Below are positions 52,495 through 64,000 of a stretch of 64,000 nt of DNA, piece by piece. The notes under the pieces are model-generated. The model saw nothing but the letters and a program-made list of their open reading frames with translations. It did not search any database and was not told the DNA's origin. Source of the DNA: Mobula hypostoma (lineage: Eukaryota); contig NC_086097.1 of assembly GCF_963921235.1 (NCBI RefSeq), forward strand, positions 36,706,001 to 36,770,000, read 5' to 3'. Made by a program: the position numbers and the translations under genes. Positions within the stretch are counted from its first letter, which is position 1. Every line of letters begins with the position of its first letter.

Positions 52495-54095
52495 TCCAAA
52501 TAAACAATATCTACTAACTGTCCTTTGTCTAACCTCCCTGATACAAATTTGCCAGGCAATCTGCTGACTTTGGCCTGTTTTATCATGTGTGTCCAAGTAC
52601 CCTGAAACCTCTCCTTTATAATGGACTCCCACCTTCTTCCCAACCACTGAAGTCAAACTAACTGGCCTATGTTTTCCTTTCTCCTGCCACCCTCCCTTTC
52701 CAAAAAGCGCAGCGACGTTTGTAATTTTTCAGACCTCCGGAGCCAGTCCAGAATCTAGCGATTCTTGAAAGGTCAGTACTACTGAGTCTACGATCTCTTC
52801 ATCAGTACTAATGATCCTTTCGGAACCCTTGGGGTGTCGTCCATCTGGTCTAGGTGACTTATCTACCTTCAGAACCTTCAGTTTCCCAAGCATGTTGTCC
52901 TTTGTAATAGAAACTACACTCACTTATGTTCCCTGACACTCTCGAATTTATTGCATACTGCTAGTGTCTTCCATAGTGAAGATGCAGAATACATATTAGG
53001 TTCAACTGCCATTCCTTTGCCTCCCATTACTACTCCTCCAGTGTCATTTTCTGGTGGTCTGATATCCATTCTCACCTCTCTTTTATTCTTTATATATCTG
53101 AAAAAAAACATTTGTATCCTCTTTTATATTATTGACTAATTTACCTACATATTTAATCTTTTCTCTCCTTATGGCTACTTTCAGCTGCCTTCTGTTGGTT
53201 TGTAAAAGTTTCCCAATTTTCTAACTTCCCAGTGATATTTCTAATTATATGCCACCTCTTGTTTTTCTTCTGCCTTTGACTTCTCTTGGCAGCCAATTTT
53301 GCATCATCCTCCCTTTAGAATAGTTTTTCCTTAGAATATATCTATCCTGCACCTTCTGATTTGCCCCTAGAAACTCGAATCATTGCTGTTCCGCCATCAC
53401 GTCTGCTCGTATCCCATTCTAATCAACTTTGGCTAACTCCTCTATAATTCCCTTTACTTCACTATAATACTGATATTTCTGACTATAGCTTCTCCCTCTG
53501 AAACCGCAGGGTAAATTCTATTATATTATGATCACTGTCTCCTAAGCATTCCTTTATCTTAAGCCCTCTAATCAAATCTGTTTTATTATATTACACCCAA
53601 TCCAGAAATGTCTTTTCCTTTGTGGGCTCAACCACAAGCTGCTCTATAAATCTCTATCTCATCGGCATTCCAGAAATTCCCTCTCCTGGGATCCAGCATC
53701 AACCTGACTTTCCCAATCTACCTGATTTTGGAAATCTCCATGACTATCGTAACATTGCCCTTTTAACATGTCCTTTCTGTCTCCCATTTTAACATGTACC
53801 CTACATCCTTGCTACTGTTTGGAGCTCTGTATATAACTTCCATCAGAATCTTTTTAGCCTTGCAGTTTCCTAACACTACTCACAAGGATTCTACATCTTC
53901 CATTCCTAGGTCATTTCTTTCCGAGGATTTGATTTCATTGTTTACCAACAGAGCTTCCCCACACCTTCTGCCTACCTGTCTGTCCTTTTGATACAACATG
54001 CTTCCTTGGATGTTAAGCTTTAACTATGACCTTCTTTCAGTTATGACTCAGTGATGCTCACAATGTCATACCTGCCAATCACTGAATGTGCTACA
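52495..54095 (-). mobile_element. Decayed CR1 LINE internal fragment (endonuclease to RT start)
   Basis: FFRYIKNKRE, LKVDKSPRPDGRHP, TSVVGK, VDIVYLD in different frames. Confidence 0.88.
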
Positions 54096-54099
54096 TGGC

Positions 54100-54435
54100 T
54101 ATGAGACCATAGGATATAAGATATTAGGCCATTCAGCCCATCGAGTCTGCTCCACCATTTCATCACAGCTGATTCAGTTTTCCTCTCAGCCCCAATCTCC
54201 TGCCTCCTCCCCGTATCCATTCATGCCCTGACCAATCAAAAATCTTTCAGCCTCTGCCTTAAATATACATAAAGACTTGGCATCCACAGCTGCTTGCGGC
54301 AAAGAATTCCAGATTCGCCACTCTGGCTAAAGAAATCCCTCCTTATCTCCATTCTAAAAAGACAGCTCTCTATTCTGAGGCTGTGTCCTCTGGTCTTAGA
54401 CTCTCCCACTGTTGGAACCATCCTCTCCACATCCA
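54100..54435 (-). mobile_element. CR1 LINE 3' end
   Basis: ESKTRGHSLRIE...RRDFFSQ; tail at ~54100. Confidence 0.88.
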
Positions 54436-55759
54436 TAAGGTTATGTACCTTATTCCGTATTCTGCGTGGATTGCGTGCATATGGTGACATGTACATGACT
54501 TTGATAACTAATTTATTTCAAACTTTGAAATTGAAATTGTACCATCCATCCAAATCATGAAAGGCAGTGATTAGTATTAAATATTTTATCCCACACATTT
54601 CTTGTATCACTAAGTAACCACATTGATGTTTGCCACAAGTAACTGATGACAACATTTGGATTAGAAAGACAAAACTGGGATGATTTACTTAGTCATACTG
54701 CCACACGCAGAGGAATATAAATTGACATCAAAGAGGCAAAAAAAAAAGCACATATCAAAAATAACACTGTTATTTCATTCTATGTGGATGTAGCAATACA
54801 AAGTGATATCCTGCATTCTGAACGCCACAGTAATTCTGCAACTAAATGTAGCCAAGGGATATATGTATAAATAAAAAAAAGTCCAGTTATTTGCAAGGAT
54901 GCAGTTTATTAAACACTGCAAGTCAAAAACTAGAGTAAACTGGCAAAATAAAGAAAAAATAATGCTTTAAAGTTGAACTCCACTCTTTCCTTAAAGTGGT
55001 AATTCCGTGCTACGAACAGTGCTCACATCCAGTTAGATTCCCTGCAAAAATAACTGTGGAGTAGGATGGTAAAGATATTGCAGTTTTAGGATGGCTTACA
55101 TCACACATTAAAACAGGATTTCCACTGTTCCTGATGAGGTACAGAGTCTAACAATTTGCTGAACAGCAAGTTGAGAAAGTTTAAAAGCCACAGCCCACAG
55201 CTGTGTAGAATCTAGGGGACTGACCAGGAGCACTAATACAGGCAGACGGGCAGGAGGTAGCTCCCAGTTGTGAGAATCTCCACTCAATTAATTTCACATC
55301 CTCACTTGGCATGTCTGGTGAGCTGTTCACAACTAAAAATCACTTACAAGTCATTCCAGTGCATGGAATGGAGATTTATTCATTCATGTATTATGATCAG
55401 TGACAGTGGTCCTGCCAAGGTACCTGTAAAGATTAACTCTGGGCTCATATAGCTGATTGCTGATAAACCATACTGGAGTCTAAAGAGAATCGCAAATAAT
55501 CTGTTGGAGGAACTCAGTGGGTTGAATCCCACCTCTGGGGAGAAAAGAATTTGCCCTACAGCAAGTCTTAACCCAAAACGTTAATAATTCCTCCGAATTC
55601 TCCTGTCACAAACAGTTGCTCAGCCAGCTGAGTTCTTTCAGCAGGTCATTTGCTGTTCCAGATTCCAGCATCAGCAATCGCTAGCAAAGAGAGTCACTTT
55701 AGATTAGGGACAATTAGCAAACCCCAGTGAAAGTAACTCTTAATCTGGGATGTTCGTGC

Positions 55760-56860
55760 TCTGAACAGCAACACGTCCCCTCTTCACTCTGCTGGAAGTT
55801 GAGACCGCTGGCGTTCTCCCAGAGGAAGCCCAGGCCAGCTCTCTCGTCTTCCTCTCCTCTAACTCTTGCTGCTCTTCATCCTCTGTTCATGTCCCTCGGG
55901 TTCTGGGACTCCAAGCTCTTCTTCCTCTGCCGCCAGCTGCGGTTTTCAGCTGGCTGAGGTCTAAAGGATGCAGCACACAAGGAAGAGATGTAGCACACCT
56001 GCTTGGTACATTCTACTGTCTGTGTCACTCTGGGCACCACAGACACACTCAGGCACTGCACTCACCTTCAAAGAACACGGACTCTCAGCAGCCGTAATAT
56101 GATTGTGAATGGGTATCAAAAGCCAAGGAATAGGAAGAAGAAATTCCCCCCAGGATCTGTTCCTCCAGGAAGGGCCAGTCACGGAAAGTGTGGAGCAATT
56201 CCATGTTCTTGAAGACGAATAAGTTTTTTGTGCTTCTTGGAAACATGCCAGATGTCAGGAGTAAGTTTTTTTTACACAAAGAGTGGTCAGTGCGTGGAAT
56301 GGGCTGCCGGCGACGTTGGTGGAGGAGGATACGATAGGGTCTTTTAAGGGACTTTTGGATAGGTACATGGAGCTTAGAAAAATAGAGGGCTATAGGTAAG
56401 CCTAGTAATTTCTAAGGTAGGGACATGTACAGCACAACTTTGTGGGCCGAAGGGCCTGTATTGTGCTGTAGGCTTTCTATGTTTCTATGCCATCACAAAA
56501 TCTTCTGATGATCCACCACCACATGAACACTGGGGGCAAGAGAACACTTACTCTTGAGGAAAAGGTTCGGCTAATAAGTAGCCTGATGTCAACAGCTATC
56601 TGTGTTAGTGGGATTCTAGCAATGCTGGCACAGCCCAGGGCAACAGATGTCCCTCTCTGAAACTAAAAAAAATCTCTTCTTCCTGAGCACAGTGCTGCGT
56701 GACCTCTCTGAAACCATAGTGAGGAGCAAAGTGTGAACTACGGCAGAGATCTGCAACAGTCGCTTAATAGATCTCGAACAGCTATCATTACCATATTGGC
56801 CCTTCAAATTATGAAGAGCTGGCAGCATTGAATCACCGTGAGCAACTCAGTAGTGAAAGA
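55760..56860 (-). pseudogene. Fossil PIF/Harbinger (HARBI1-like) DDE transposase, split by a CR1 insertion
   Basis: Ordered motifs across frameshifts: TVADLCRSSHFAPHYGFREVT, ALGCASIARIPLTQIAVD, PNLFLKSKCSLAPSVHVVVDH, FPRSTKNLFVF, IPWLLIPIHNHITAAE, VCCIL, then an acidic tail. Confidence 0.72.
56251..56486 (+). mobile_element. CR1 3' end inserted in the Harbinger fossil
   Basis: FFTQRVVSAWNGLP-type end; (TTTCTATG)n tail; ATGCCA at 56245-56250 and 56487-56492. Confidence 0.88.
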
Positions 56861-57074
56861 CTGGAGAAAACTCCTCTTGTTCACCAAGAACGTTTGCAAC
56901 CTTCTGAAAAAAATGGTCAGTAGTCAGTACTTAATCTGACTGATCAAGCTTCTTTCTCCTTATGTGGATACAAAGGAGTATCACACAACCTTGATTTTAT
57001 GGTATGTATCCAACAGAGATCATACACTATTGAAAACTTTTACAATATGCATTTTCAATATGTCCAGCCTGAGG

Positions 57075-57692
57075 TCAAGTGCCTTCGGGGTGCGGCCCTG
57101 CGTGGCCCTGTGGACACGAAATTTCACCAGCGTCACGAACTAAAATGCTGCAGGAGGAAGAACACCGAAGACAGCGAGGGCAGCTCTCGCAGGCCTCTGT
57201 ACTCGGTGATCGATCGCTCTCACTCTCTCTCGCTGGTGAACAGGAATTTATTGCCAATTCTCAACGACACTTCAAACTGACTGTAACATCAGAACAGCGA
57301 CTGTTTGTCCACCCCCCTCGCTGTGGAAGGAGCGATCTCTCCCTCTCCCTTGATAGTGAAAGCGAGAGTGCCCATGCGATGTTGAAATGTTGGAGTGAAC
57401 AGTTAGTTTTTGATGTACTGTAGACCATGGTCTCTCTTTGGGGGCTTTGCTGTTGCTTGCATGGTGGATGGAGGGAATGCTGATGCTTTATGTGAGAATA
57501 AATAGGGGGAGTATTAATGCTGTTTTCTGCTGTTTGTTCGTGGGAGAGGGTTAGAGCACTTGGGGGGTTTATTTTTCTTCTGTCATTCATTCTTTGAGGT
57601 TTTTCTTCTGTTTTGAGGATGTCTGCTGAGAGTAAGAATTTCAGGTTGTATATTGGACACATTCTCTGATAGTAAATGGAACCACTGAACAT
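57075..57692 (+). mobile_element. SINE-like non-autonomous element with a Rex1-type 3' tail
   Basis: CpG-rich head; ends AAGAATTTCAGGTTGTATA...GATAGTAAATGGAAC, resembling the Rex1-type tails at ~6830-6890 and ~49210-49255. Confidence 0.55.
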
Positions 57693-59409
57693 TTTCCACC
57701 CACCCCTGACCACCTTCCATTTCTTTACTTCTGATATGATTAAGTACATTTCTGATGCCAGAATAAATGACGGACAAATTAAAATGACCTGTACATACAG
57801 GGGGCCGGAACACTTTCCCAAAAGAGTTAGAGTCATACTGTGCCGAACAGGCCCTTCAATTCAAACATCCATGCAACCTAATAGATTCAATTTCACCAAG
57901 AAATTAATACAGGCATGACACAACTCCAGTTACATTTCAATTCATGCATAAAACAAATTCCATTTTTAGGCATAACGATACCATAGAAATACAACTCCAA
58001 TATTTATCAGAGTGGGATGTCCAATCCATGATGAGAACAGCAGCATTTTAGTCAGGCCCTTGACACAGCTAGGATTTGACTCAGCATTGTGCTTGCGTCT
58101 GTTTAAACAGATTCGCTGTGAAAAGGATCACCCTGTTTGATAGGGAACCCCATAGCACAGGTCACATGCAGAGGCTCTGTTGCTTTGGATTTCCAGCATC
58201 TGCAGAATCTCTTGAGTTTTTCCACATCCAGATGCTGATAGGTTTGCACTGCTGTTTAAAAAAAAATGACAAGATTGAGGGAGTGGGTGGTGGGAGGAGG
58301 GAGGTGTTGAGGGAAGAATAGCTTACAGGGCCAGGAGTTGATTGGAGGGGAGAGAACAGAGACTCTAATCATGATGAGGGAAAGAAGCCAGTTTGGTGAC
58401 TGGGAGAAAACAGTCTAAACCTCATCTCTTTGAAGGCAGAGTTGGATAACTATCTAGTTCCTGCACATGGTTGTCCTCACCTTCATTTAGCTCCCATGTT
58501 TCCCCAGAACAGGACACCTGGTCTGCTAGAGTTAGACTTAAAAATGGGGATTCAATGGTAGGCGTGCAACTTAATGAAATATTTAAATTGTCAGCCCAGC
58601 CTCCACGAGCAGATTAATTGTCCAAACTTTATGCAAATTGAAAATAAATATTAAGTCAAAGGTGGAGATTTTTAATATTTTATATCCCATCCAAACTAAA
58701 CACATTAAATTTTAGAGAGTTAAATATGTGCTGTAAATGAGCTGTATATAATTAAACTAACCCAGATAGATCTACAGAAAGGCAAGTAATGGTTAAAAAA
58801 ATGAAAATAAAAGAAGCTGCAGTAACACAAATGCTTGAATCATCTCAATAATGATAGCAAGAAATAATCTTGGTCTCTTTCTGGTCTACACAGCTTGACC
58901 ATTCATAGCTCAACAAAAGCAAAAACACTATGTTGTGCAAGGTTTGAACAATATCTGTTGATCACATCACGCTCCATCACAATTCACGAACATACTGGAA
59001 AGCAAGTGGAAGGTTCTTTTATCGCTCTGTACACATGGCAACCAAATGGAATACTGATTTTCGGTAAAGATAAGAAGTTTGTGTTCTGGGCTTGCATGCA
59101 TGTTATTTTTGCAGCAAGTGATTAAGTGTTCTCGGCTAAGTTTTTGAAAAAAGACACTGTGACTGCATCATCCTCCCTTAACATACTCCCACCCACACAC
59201 CTCAAGCGAATTAGTGCCTCAAAACAATATGTGGATCCAGGGATTTGCATTCAAGACCAATCTGAACTCCTAAACTTCATGAATATTAAAATACACAAAG
59301 CCTTTCTGATATTCATGATGGCAAAACTTGCCCTGTTCAAATCTGTACCCATCTTGGGAGTCAAAAGGAGGCCCAGAATGTTCTTAATCCCAATGGTTTT
59401 GTGTTAAAT

Positions 59410-59720
59410 CATAGTGTGGTGCAATTTGTACTGCACATCACAGCGCCTGCAATGCAGTTTTAATCTTTACCTCAAGTGCTCAATGTGTGGGATTTGTATG
59501 TTACACTTATGACAGTGTAGGTTTCCTTGATGGGCTCCAGTTTCCTCCGTCTTAAAGATGTGCTGATAGGATAACTGTGCACTTGGTGTGGATAGGTGCA
59601 GGGGAATCAGGTATAAAGTGAGGGACATGTGAGAGAGAAATAAGGGGGAGAATGGGACTGAAGGAGTTGATCTGCTAGGAGACAACACAGGCATGATGGC
59701 CCAAATGGCCTCCTCTGCTG
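59410..59720 (+). mobile_element. tRNA-derived V-SINE/HE1-like element
   Basis: GTAGGTTTCCTTGATGGGCTCCAGTTTCC core and a CR1-like 3' tail GATGGCCCAAATGGCCTCCT. Confidence 0.55.
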
Positions 59721-60601
59721 TGATTTGAGGCCAAGGATAAAGCGATCAAACGTAATGTTTCAAATAAACAGTTAAGCAGAGTCTCACTCATTGCTTCTGC
59801 CATTTCTTAGCCCTATTCCTGCTCAGTCATTTTTAGCCCAGTTCATGTCCCATTATGCAACAGCAATTCCCCATCTCCACCCAGCCCTTGAATTTTTCTT
59901 TCATCTGATCAGAGCACCAAATCAACACGATTTCACTGAAGCAAAAACTCCAAGTGCCATAGCCACATCTCCCTTCCTGCAACATAACACAACCCTGGTC
60001 CAACCCAACTACAACCATCCTGCCCTTCTCAATCTTGGGTCGAGCTTGAAACTCCAGACGAAGGCTATCAAAGAAACTGCTCAATTCAATCACAGATGTC
60101 ATTATTTAAAGCTCTTGCCTCATTGTACGCCTCAAGAGTTTCCTCCTTTTTGTTACCTGCATCCTCAACTGTCTTAAGAACCTTTTTGTTTCTATCTCTC
60201 CCAGCTTAAATTCACCTCACCTAAAACTGCGCTAAATGGCATCTAGTGCTCACCTGGCACCCCAAATCCCTATTGGATGCAACTAGTTCTCTATCTAATG
60301 ACATGTAATGATCAAACTGCAGATCGACATTGCTGAGTTCTATCCAGGCCACACAAGAATCTGCTTGTGGAAAATTGCATAACTGGCCTCCCTACTGTCA
60401 AAGGAAGACTTGCAATAGAGAGAATGAGAGGGTTAGAGAGGACCTAAGGAAGATTTTTTTTTCCACCCAGATGTCTATAAACTGGAAAACTGATAGCGTG
60501 GTGGTTGAGCCAGGAAGTCTCACAATATTTAAGTAGAACTTGAGCTGCAAAGGCAGAGAACACTATGGACCAAGTGCTGGTCAATGGGATTATCATAGAC
60601 A

Positions 60602-62003
60602 CAGGGCCTTGAAAATGCATTCAGCCCCCATAACACTTTGCACATTTTACTGTCTCCTTTCTAAATTTAAAATACATTAAAGTAGAATTTTTGAACTAAT
60701 CTACAAAACATTGTGCATCATGTCAAATCAAAACAAAAATTCCAAATTCTCTCAACAATTTACTAAAAAATAAAAGCCACAATTGTGATGCTGTAAAATT
60801 ATTTACCCCCTTTGTAATTACTACGCTAACTTTCCTCTGTAGCAATATACTTTCTTACCAACTCACCCATTCTGTTGACGTAGAAAATTGGAGGATCACC
60901 TGTTTTCATAAGAATAAATACCCCCTCTCTCTGTAAGGTCCAACAGTATGGTAGATTTTCAATAGACCAAACCAAAATGAAGATAAAGGAGCATTCAAGG
61001 CAAGTCAGGGAAATGATAATAGGGGAGCACAAATCTGGGGAAAAGCACCAGACCTTTTCAAAGGCACTGAACATACCTTGCAGCTTAGTGCAGTCCATCA
61101 TGAAAAAGTGGAAAAAATATGAAACCACAGCCACACCGATTGGGTCAGGCTGCCCCTCACCAGAGAAGAACAGCACTTGAACGAGGGGCTACTGAGACAA
61201 CAGCAGTCACTCTGAGTGAGCTGCAGATGTCAGTGGCTGCAACTAAAAATGAATTTCATGGCTCCACAATCTCTAAGGCCTTGCAGATAAAGTGTATTTA
61301 TGGAAGAGTGACAAATAAGAAGCCTGGCAAAAAATAAAATCCACATCCTTGCCCATAAGGACTTTGTAAAGTGTCATTTAGAAGATACTGTAAAGATGTG
61401 GAAGAAGGACTTGAGGTCAGATGAGACTAAAGTAGAACTTTTTGGCCTCAACACTGAGCAGTACATGTGACAGGGATTTAATACTACGCATCAGCCAGGT
61501 AATACCATCCCTACTGTAAAGTATTGTGGAGGTAGAATCATGCTATAGGGATGCTTTTCAGCAGCAGTGACTGGAAGTCTGGTCAGGATTGATGGGAAGA
61601 TGAATGCTGACAAATATAGAGAGATTCTGGTTAGAAACCTGCTAGCCTTTGCCAGAAAGTTGAAACTGGGGAGGAAGTCTGTCTTTCAGCAGGACAATGA
61701 CCCAAAGCACACTGCCAGAACCACCACAGAATGGCTTCAGATGAAGCAAAGAGGGATGAAAACTTTGGAACTGCTGGCATTTCAGGTTTTGAATTTTTAG
61801 TTTTTCATGCTTTACAATTTTCCCTGCTTTTTTAAATTTATAAATCACATGCTCTTTTTTTCCCTGTTCTCTGCTGTGGAAAAAAAGAGTATGTGATTTA
61901 TAAATTTAAAAATTCAGCTAAATTGATAAAAATCCCTGGTTGTAATATTCATTTATCTGAACAAAGGGTGGGGGGGGGGGCTGAACACTTTTACAAGGTA
62001 CAG
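60602..62003 (+). mobile_element. Tc1-family transposon with defective, internally deleted transposase (starts 60977)
   Basis: TIRs CAGGGCCTTGAAAATGCATTCAGCCCC / GGGGCTGAACACTTTTACAAGGTACAG|TA. MKIKEHSRQVRE HTH, SDETKVELFG and FQQDNDPKH present; SPDLNPIE region missing. Confidence 0.92.
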
Positions 62004-63053
62004 TAGGTTCTTAATAATGAGCATGGGTATGGTAAGCCAAAGAACTTAATCTGTGTTGTGTCACTCTACAATCCCCGAACTATGAACTGCATTTTTAAAT
62101 ACCTCCTTGGATCTAGAACTGATTGTGAACCACCTTAGGATGTTTTACTGTAACATGAAGATAAAGGAATTAATAAGACCTGCTGTGTCCGAACAAACAG
62201 TAAGACCAGCCAAATGGTACTGAGTGGGAAATATAACAAGTTGCTTTCTGTTTTATGAGATAAATGTTAGCAAAGAATTCATGCTTTCTCAAGTGCAACC
62301 TCAAGACCCAAAATAGCAAGCACAGCTCAATTAAATGTCTCCTCCCTTAACACTTTAGTTATGTGTCAGCTCACGAAATTTTTTTGGCAACACTAATAAA
62401 GAGGCAGTAAGGTTTGCTACGAGTCAACGACCACTCATTGGCACTCAACAACAGCAACAAGCAGTCAACATTATTAAGAGTAATTTGAACGGCGGCTCCT
62501 GGGATGTACAACTAAACATGGAAGTTTTCTTCTGCCCCCCCCCCCACCACATTGTCCCTCCATCTCCCAAAGCTCCCCACCAGTTTTGGTAGATGAAGGG
62601 CCAATGCCTACATCCATGAGAAGGAAAAAGTGTTTTTGGCATTGTCAGAGTCTCAAAATAATGACTGAACTTTCAGGACAGATAAGCATTTCTTCACCCA
62701 AAGTGAAGTGAATCTTGGAATTCTCTGAATTCTCAATTATTAATGGTGTCAAGGTATGTAGGATTGGAGCAGAAGAGTGGAGTTGAGGTAAAAGATCAGC
62801 CACAAACTTAAAGAACAGAACATCAGACACAAGAATCAAATGATTTATGCCTGTTTTTATAATCTTATATTCTATTTATTATTTCACTTTCTCATCATGC
62901 TTTCACATTGAAATAACTATTCTCACTAAGGTTTCTTGGTTTAGACTCTGCTTGCTACACAAAGATTGCTTCAATCCAATTTGTAGAAGAGTCATAATGT
63001 CAAGTGCCAGTCTTCATCAGCCGCAGGTTGCCAGTAAAGACCACTACTCTTAC

Positions 63054-63082
63054 CAGACATCCAGTGACAGACAGCATATTGC
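63054..63082 (-). other. Candidate 29-nt micro-exon
   Basis: gctgac branch-like motif, ggattttctag acceptor and CTG|gtaaga donor. Confidence 0.18.
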
Positions 63083-63676
63083 CTAGAAAATCCCATACAG
63101 GTCAGCTGCAAGGAAACTGAACAGCTTGAACCATTCAATATCCCAAACACAAAACATGGTCCAAAGTATTTAAAGTTTTGCATTGGATGAAAACCTGACT
63201 GAAAAATCCAGGCTAAGCATTAACTAAAGAAGGCTAGAACCCCATAGCTAATGGTTGAGAAGGCGAGTAAAATGACATTCATAAAAACTGGAATAGCAAA
63301 TGATTCCTGCTGTGTAAATTTATTAAAGATGCATGGAGGGAATGAAATTTCCATGTTAGATTATATTGATTCATGCCATCTGCTGCAAAGCTTCATTAAG
63401 TAAATTGTCCTGTGATTAGGTTAGGATTAAGTTGGGGGAATTGCTCAGCAGCGTGGCTCGAAGTGCCAGAAGGGCCTATTCCACACTGTATCTCAACAAC
63501 TAGATAGATAGGTAGATAGAAAAATAACCCATTTAAAATCCAAGGTATGAAACTACTTTAATCTTTGATTACATATCACCAATTCCAACAATAAAAACCC
63601 AAAAAGCCAAGAATTCATAAAGGTTACAAAGGCTTATCAGAAAGTCTATTTATGTTTCCGCATTGTAGACGTGAAC

Positions 63677-64000
63677 TAAAGGAAAAAGGAGTTAGTGCTT
63701 TCCCAGTGTATATGATTAATAAACTCTTGTAGGGCTTCTGACCGGGTACAGGTATCGATTATAACCGACGTTTCGTTGACAAACTCTGCCATTTTCTTCA
63801 GGGATGATGCCTGGGCATGACTAGTCTGGTGGTATTTATACCCCAGCCCCTCATTCAATCATTCCTGATTGGTTAGTCTTCATTCAATCAGGTTTCCAAT
63901 CTCCCACCTTGTTTACAATCGAATTCCACTTCTTGCTTAGAGCGAGATCTTCGTCTTTGTTAAAACTCTTTTCCTTTAGTTTTATTTCAATTCTTTTCTT
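63677..64000 (-). mobile_element. Penelope-like element 3' end (second family), truncated by the window edge
   Basis: IEIKLKEKSFNKDEDLALSKKWNSIV resembles the Penelope/Poseidon GIY-YIG C-terminus (EAIEI...NFNRDxG..LS..W); followed by a pLTR with CTGAAGA...GAAACGTC. Confidence 0.85.
63763..63805 (-). ncRNA. Hammerhead-like motif with partly decayed stems
   Basis: CC-CTGAAGA-AAATGGCAGAGTTTGTCAAC-GAAA-C-GTC-GG: core intact, stem II base mismatched. Confidence 0.55.

Noticed and set aside
55424..55479. Exon-like segment reading YMSPELI (kinase APE-like motif)
   Set aside because: No other kinase motifs nearby, and the acceptor abuts a repeat.
57261..57836. 191-aa minus-strand ORF
   Set aside because: Largely antisense to a SINE-like repeat; no recognisable domain.

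Overview
Eukaryotic, repeat-dense genomic DNA from a vertebrate, most likely a cartilaginous fish (probably a ray). The taxon is inferred from recall of the repeat repertoire and was not searched. There is no intact long ORF, operon, CRISPR array, rRNA or tRNA gene. Nearly all listed ORFs are pieces of decayed transposable elements or antisense noise. Recognisable content: CR1-type LINEs, Rex1/Babar-type LINEs, two RTE LINE remnants, an isolated L1 endonuclease fragment, a Gypsy LTR/gag remnant, three Tc1/mariner derivatives, two PIF/Harbinger derivatives, a 509-bp MITE with a 6-bp TSD, several SINE-like families and two Penelope-like families. Several insertions are nested and have readable target-site duplications. 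The most notable structure is that both Penelope-like families carry minimal hammerhead-ribozyme motifs whose stem III is a loopless ACGT palindrome (dimer type); the copy at 40561-40598 (-) best preserves both core and stems. A phase-compatible chain of small minus-strand exon candidates (46341 to 24052) may belong to a host gene, but I cannot identify a product and it may be chance. Repeat boundaries are approximate unless TSDs or TIRs are quoted.
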